DNA from: Eledone cirrhosa
Taxonomy: Eukaryota
Assembly (NCBI GenBank): GCA_964016885.1
Contig: OZ024741.1
Coordinates: 273,420,001 to 273,484,000 of the forward strand
DNA length: 64,000 nt
Direction: 5' to 3'
Shown here one piece after another: positions 60,501 to 64,000 of this stretch; positions within the stretch are counted from its first letter, which is position 1; every line of letters starts with the position of its first letter. Below the pieces are notes generated by a model. It did no database searches, had not been told where the DNA came from, and saw only the letters and a list, made by a program, of their open reading frames with translations. The position numbers were made by a program, and so were the translations under genes.

Positions 60501-63500
60501 GTGTCTGTAAAGTGTCTGTATGTCACTATGTCACTGCTGTCAGACCAGATAGTGTCTGTAAAGTGTCTGTATGTCACTATGTCACTGTCATCAGACCAGA
60601 TAGTGTCTGTAATGTGTCTGTATGTCACTATGTCACCGCTATCAGACCAGACAGTGTCTGTATGTCACTATGTCACTGTTATCAGACCAGATAGTGTCTG
60701 TAAAGTGGCTGTATGTCACTATGTCACCGCTATCAGACCAGATAGTGTCTGTAATGTGTCTGTATGTCACTATGTCACCGCTATCAGACCAAATAATGTC
60801 TGTAATGTGTCTGTATTTCACTATGTCACCGCCATCAGACCAGATAGTGTCTGTAATGTGGCTGTATGTCACTATGTCACCGCTATCAGACCAGATAGTG
60901 TCTGTATGTCACTATGTCACCGCTATCAGACCAGATAGTGTCTGTAAAGTGGCTGTATGTCACTATATCACCGCTATCAGACCAGATAGTGTCTGTATGT
61001 CACTATGTCGCCGCTATCGGACCAGATAATGTCTGCAATGTGGCTGTATGTCACTATGTGACTGGTATCAGACCAGACAGTGTCTGTAAAGTGTCTGTAT
61101 GTCACTATGTCACTGCTGTCAGACCAGATAGTGTCTGTAAAGTGTCTGTATGTCACTATGTCACTGTCATCAGACCAGATAGTGTCTGTAATGTGTCTGT
61201 ATGTCAATATGTCACCGCTATCAGACCAGACAGTGGCTGTATGTCACTATGTCACCGCTATCAGACCAGATAGTGTCTGTAATGTGTCTGTATGTCACTA
61301 TGTCACAGCTATCAGACCAAATAATGTCTGTAATGTGTCTGTATTTCACTATGTCACCGCTATCAGACCAGATAGTGTCTGTAATGTGGCTGTATGTCAC
61401 TATGTCACCGCTATCAGACCAGATAGTGTCTGTATGTCACTATGTAACCGCAATCAGACCAGATAGTGTCTGTAAAGTGGCTGTATGTCACTATATCACT
61501 GCTATCAGACCAGATAGTGTCTGTATGTCACTATGTCGCCGCTATCGGACCAGATAATGTCTGCAATGTGGCTGTATGTCACTATGTGACTGGTATCAGA
61601 CCAGATAGTGTCTCTAAAGTGTCCGTATGTCACTATGTCACCGCTATCAGACCAGATAGTGTCTGTATGTCACTATGTCACCGCTATCAGACCAGATAGT
61701 GTCTGTAAAGTGTATGTATGTCACTATGTCACTATTATCAGACCAGATAGTGTCTGTAAAGTGTCTGTATGTCACTATGTCACAGTTATCAGACCAGATA
61801 GTGTCTGTAAAGTGTCTGTATGTCACTATGTCACTGTTATCAGACCAGATAGTGTCTGTAAAGTGTCTGTATGTCACTTGTCACCGTTATCAGACGAGAT
61901 AGTGTCTGTAAAGTGTCTGTATGTAACTGTGTCACCTTTATCAGACCAGATAGTGTCTGTAAAGTGTCTGTATATCACTATGTCACTGTTATCAGACCAG
62001 ATAGTGTCTGTAAAGTGTCTGTATATCACTATGTCACTGTTATCAGACAAGATAGTGTCTGTAATGTGCCTGTATGTCACTATGTGACCGCTATCAGACC
62101 AGATACTGACTGTAAAGTGTCTGTATGTCACTATGTCACTGTTATCAGACCCGATAGTGTCTGTAAAGTATCTGTGTGTCACTATGTCACCGCTATCAGA
62201 CCAGATAGTGTCTGTAAAGTCTCTGTATGTCACTATGTCACTGTTATCAGACCAGATAGTGTCTGTAAAGTGTCTGTATGTCACTATGTCACTGTTATCA
62301 GACAAGATAGTGTCTGTAATGTGTCTGTATGTCACTATGTCACCGATATCAGACCAGATAGTGTCTGTAAAGTGTCTGAATGTCACTATGTCACTGTTAT
62401 CAGACCAGATAGTGTCTGTAAAGTGTCTGTATGTCACTATGTCACTGTTATCAGACCAGATAGTGTCTGTAAAGTGTCTGTATGTCACTATGTCACTGTT
62501 ATCAGACCAGACAGTGTCTGTAAAGTGTCTGTATGTCACTATGTCACTGCTGTCAGACCAGATAGTGTCTGTAAAGTGTCTGTATGTCACCATGTTACCG
62601 CTATCAGACCAGATAGTGTCTGTAATGTGTCTGTATGTCACTATGTCACCGTTATCAGACCAGATAGTGTCTGTAATGTGGCTGTATGTCACTATGTCAC
62701 TGCGATCCGACCAGATAGTGTCTGTACGTCACTATGTCACCGCTATCAGACCAGATAGTGTCTGTAAAGTGGCTGTATGTCACTATGTCACCGCTATCAG
62801 ACCAGATAGTGTCTGTAATGTGGCTGTATGTCACTATGTCACTGCGATCAGACCAGATAGTGTCTGTATGTCACTATGTCATCGCTATCAGACCAGATAG
62901 TGTCTGTAAAGTGGCTGTATGTCACTATGTCACCGCTATCAGACCAGATAGTGTCTGTAATGTGGCTGTATGTCACTATGTCACTGCGATCAGACCAAAT
63001 AGTGTCTGTATGTCACTATGTCACCGCTATCAGACCAGATAGTGTCTGTGTGTCACTATGTCACCGTTATCAGACCAGATAGTGTCTGTAAAGTGTATGT
63101 ATGTCACCATGTCACCGCTATCAGGCCAGATAGTGTCTGCATATCACTATGTCACCGTTATCAAACCAGATAGTGTCTGTAAAGTGGCTGTATGTCACTA
63201 TGTCACCGTTATCAGACCAGATAGTGTCTGTAAAGTGACTGTATGTCACTATGTCACCACTATCAGACCAGATAGTGTCTGCAAAATGTCTGTATGTCAC
63301 TGTGTCACCGCTATCAGACCACATAGTGTCTGTAAAGTGGCTGTATGTCACTATGTCACCGTTATCAGACCAGATAGTGTCTGTAAAGTGTCTGTATGTC
63401 ACTATGTCACCGTTATCAGACCAGATAGTGTCTGTAAAGTGTCTGTATGTCACTGTGTCACCGCTATCAGACCAGATAGTGTCTGTAAAGTGGCTGTATG

Positions 63501-64000
63501 TCACTATGTCACCGTTATCAGACCAGATAGTGTCTGTAAAGTGGCTGTATGTCACTGTGTCACCGCTATCAGACTAGATAGTGTCTGTAAAGTGGCTGTA
63601 TGTCACTATGTCACCGTTATCAGACCAGATAGTGTCTGTAAAGTGTCTGTATGTCACTGTGTCACCGCTATCAGACCAGATAGTGTCTGTAAAGTGGCTG
63701 TATGTCACTATATCACCGTTATCAGACCAGATAGTGTGTGTATGTCACTATGTCACCGCTATCAGACAAGATAGTGTCTGTAAAGTGTTTGTATGTCACT
63801 ATGTCACAGTTATCAGACCAGATAGTGTCTGTAAAGTGTCTGTATGTCACTATGTCACTGTTATCAGACCAGATAGTGTCTGTAATGTGTCTGTATATCA
63901 CTATGTCACCGCTATCAGACCAGATAGTGTCTGTATGTCACTATGTCACCGCTATCAGACCAGATAGTGTCTGTATTTCACTATGTCACCGCTATCAGAC
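57580..64000. repeat. 51-bp satellite array with 40-bp variants, running off the end of the window
   Basis: Unit AGTGTCTGTAA-AGTGTCTGTA-TGTCACTA-TGTCACTG-TTATCAGACC-AGAT, giving 17-aa pseudo-repeats in the ORF track. Confidence 0.98.

Noticed and set aside
57569-63967. 17-aa repeat proteins (VTYRHFTDTIWSDNSDI and others)
   Set aside because: The 51-bp satellite is open in several frames on both strands, and 40-bp variants break the frame freely.
57580-64000. Hammerhead-bearing satellite, as in newt or schistosome satellites
   Set aside because: The minus strand has CTGATAR but no G8/A9 core, stem II or GAAA.

Overview
This is AT-rich, microsatellite-saturated eukaryotic non-coding DNA. The tRNA-derived SINE families suggest an octopus or other coleoid cephalopod (inference). 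No intact host protein-coding gene is supported: almost all long ORFs are translations of simple repeats or satellites. The recognisable content is decayed mobile DNA. It includes a near-complete RTE LINE with a twin-priming-type 5' inversion, a Tx1/L1-like ORF2, three R4/Dong-like REL-endonuclease LINE fragments targeted to (CATA)n, a CRE-like 3' end, two Penelope-like (GIY-YIG) elements, a deleted Tc1, Helitrons, about 20 SINE copies, and 17-, 20- and 51-bp satellites. The most notable hidden signal is about ten minimal type-I hammerhead-ribozyme motifs, read by eye, from several unrelated sequence families. One is a U3-A8 core variant and one pair has covarying stems. Most sit in short non-coding modules inserted in (TA)n, and several of these fold back on themselves through an inverted terminal duplication. 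This looks like a large population of Penelope-derived, retrozyme-like elements. A candidate CTCF/ETS/GC-box promoter lies near 51.7-51.9 kb. All motif calls are manual and unverified by computation.
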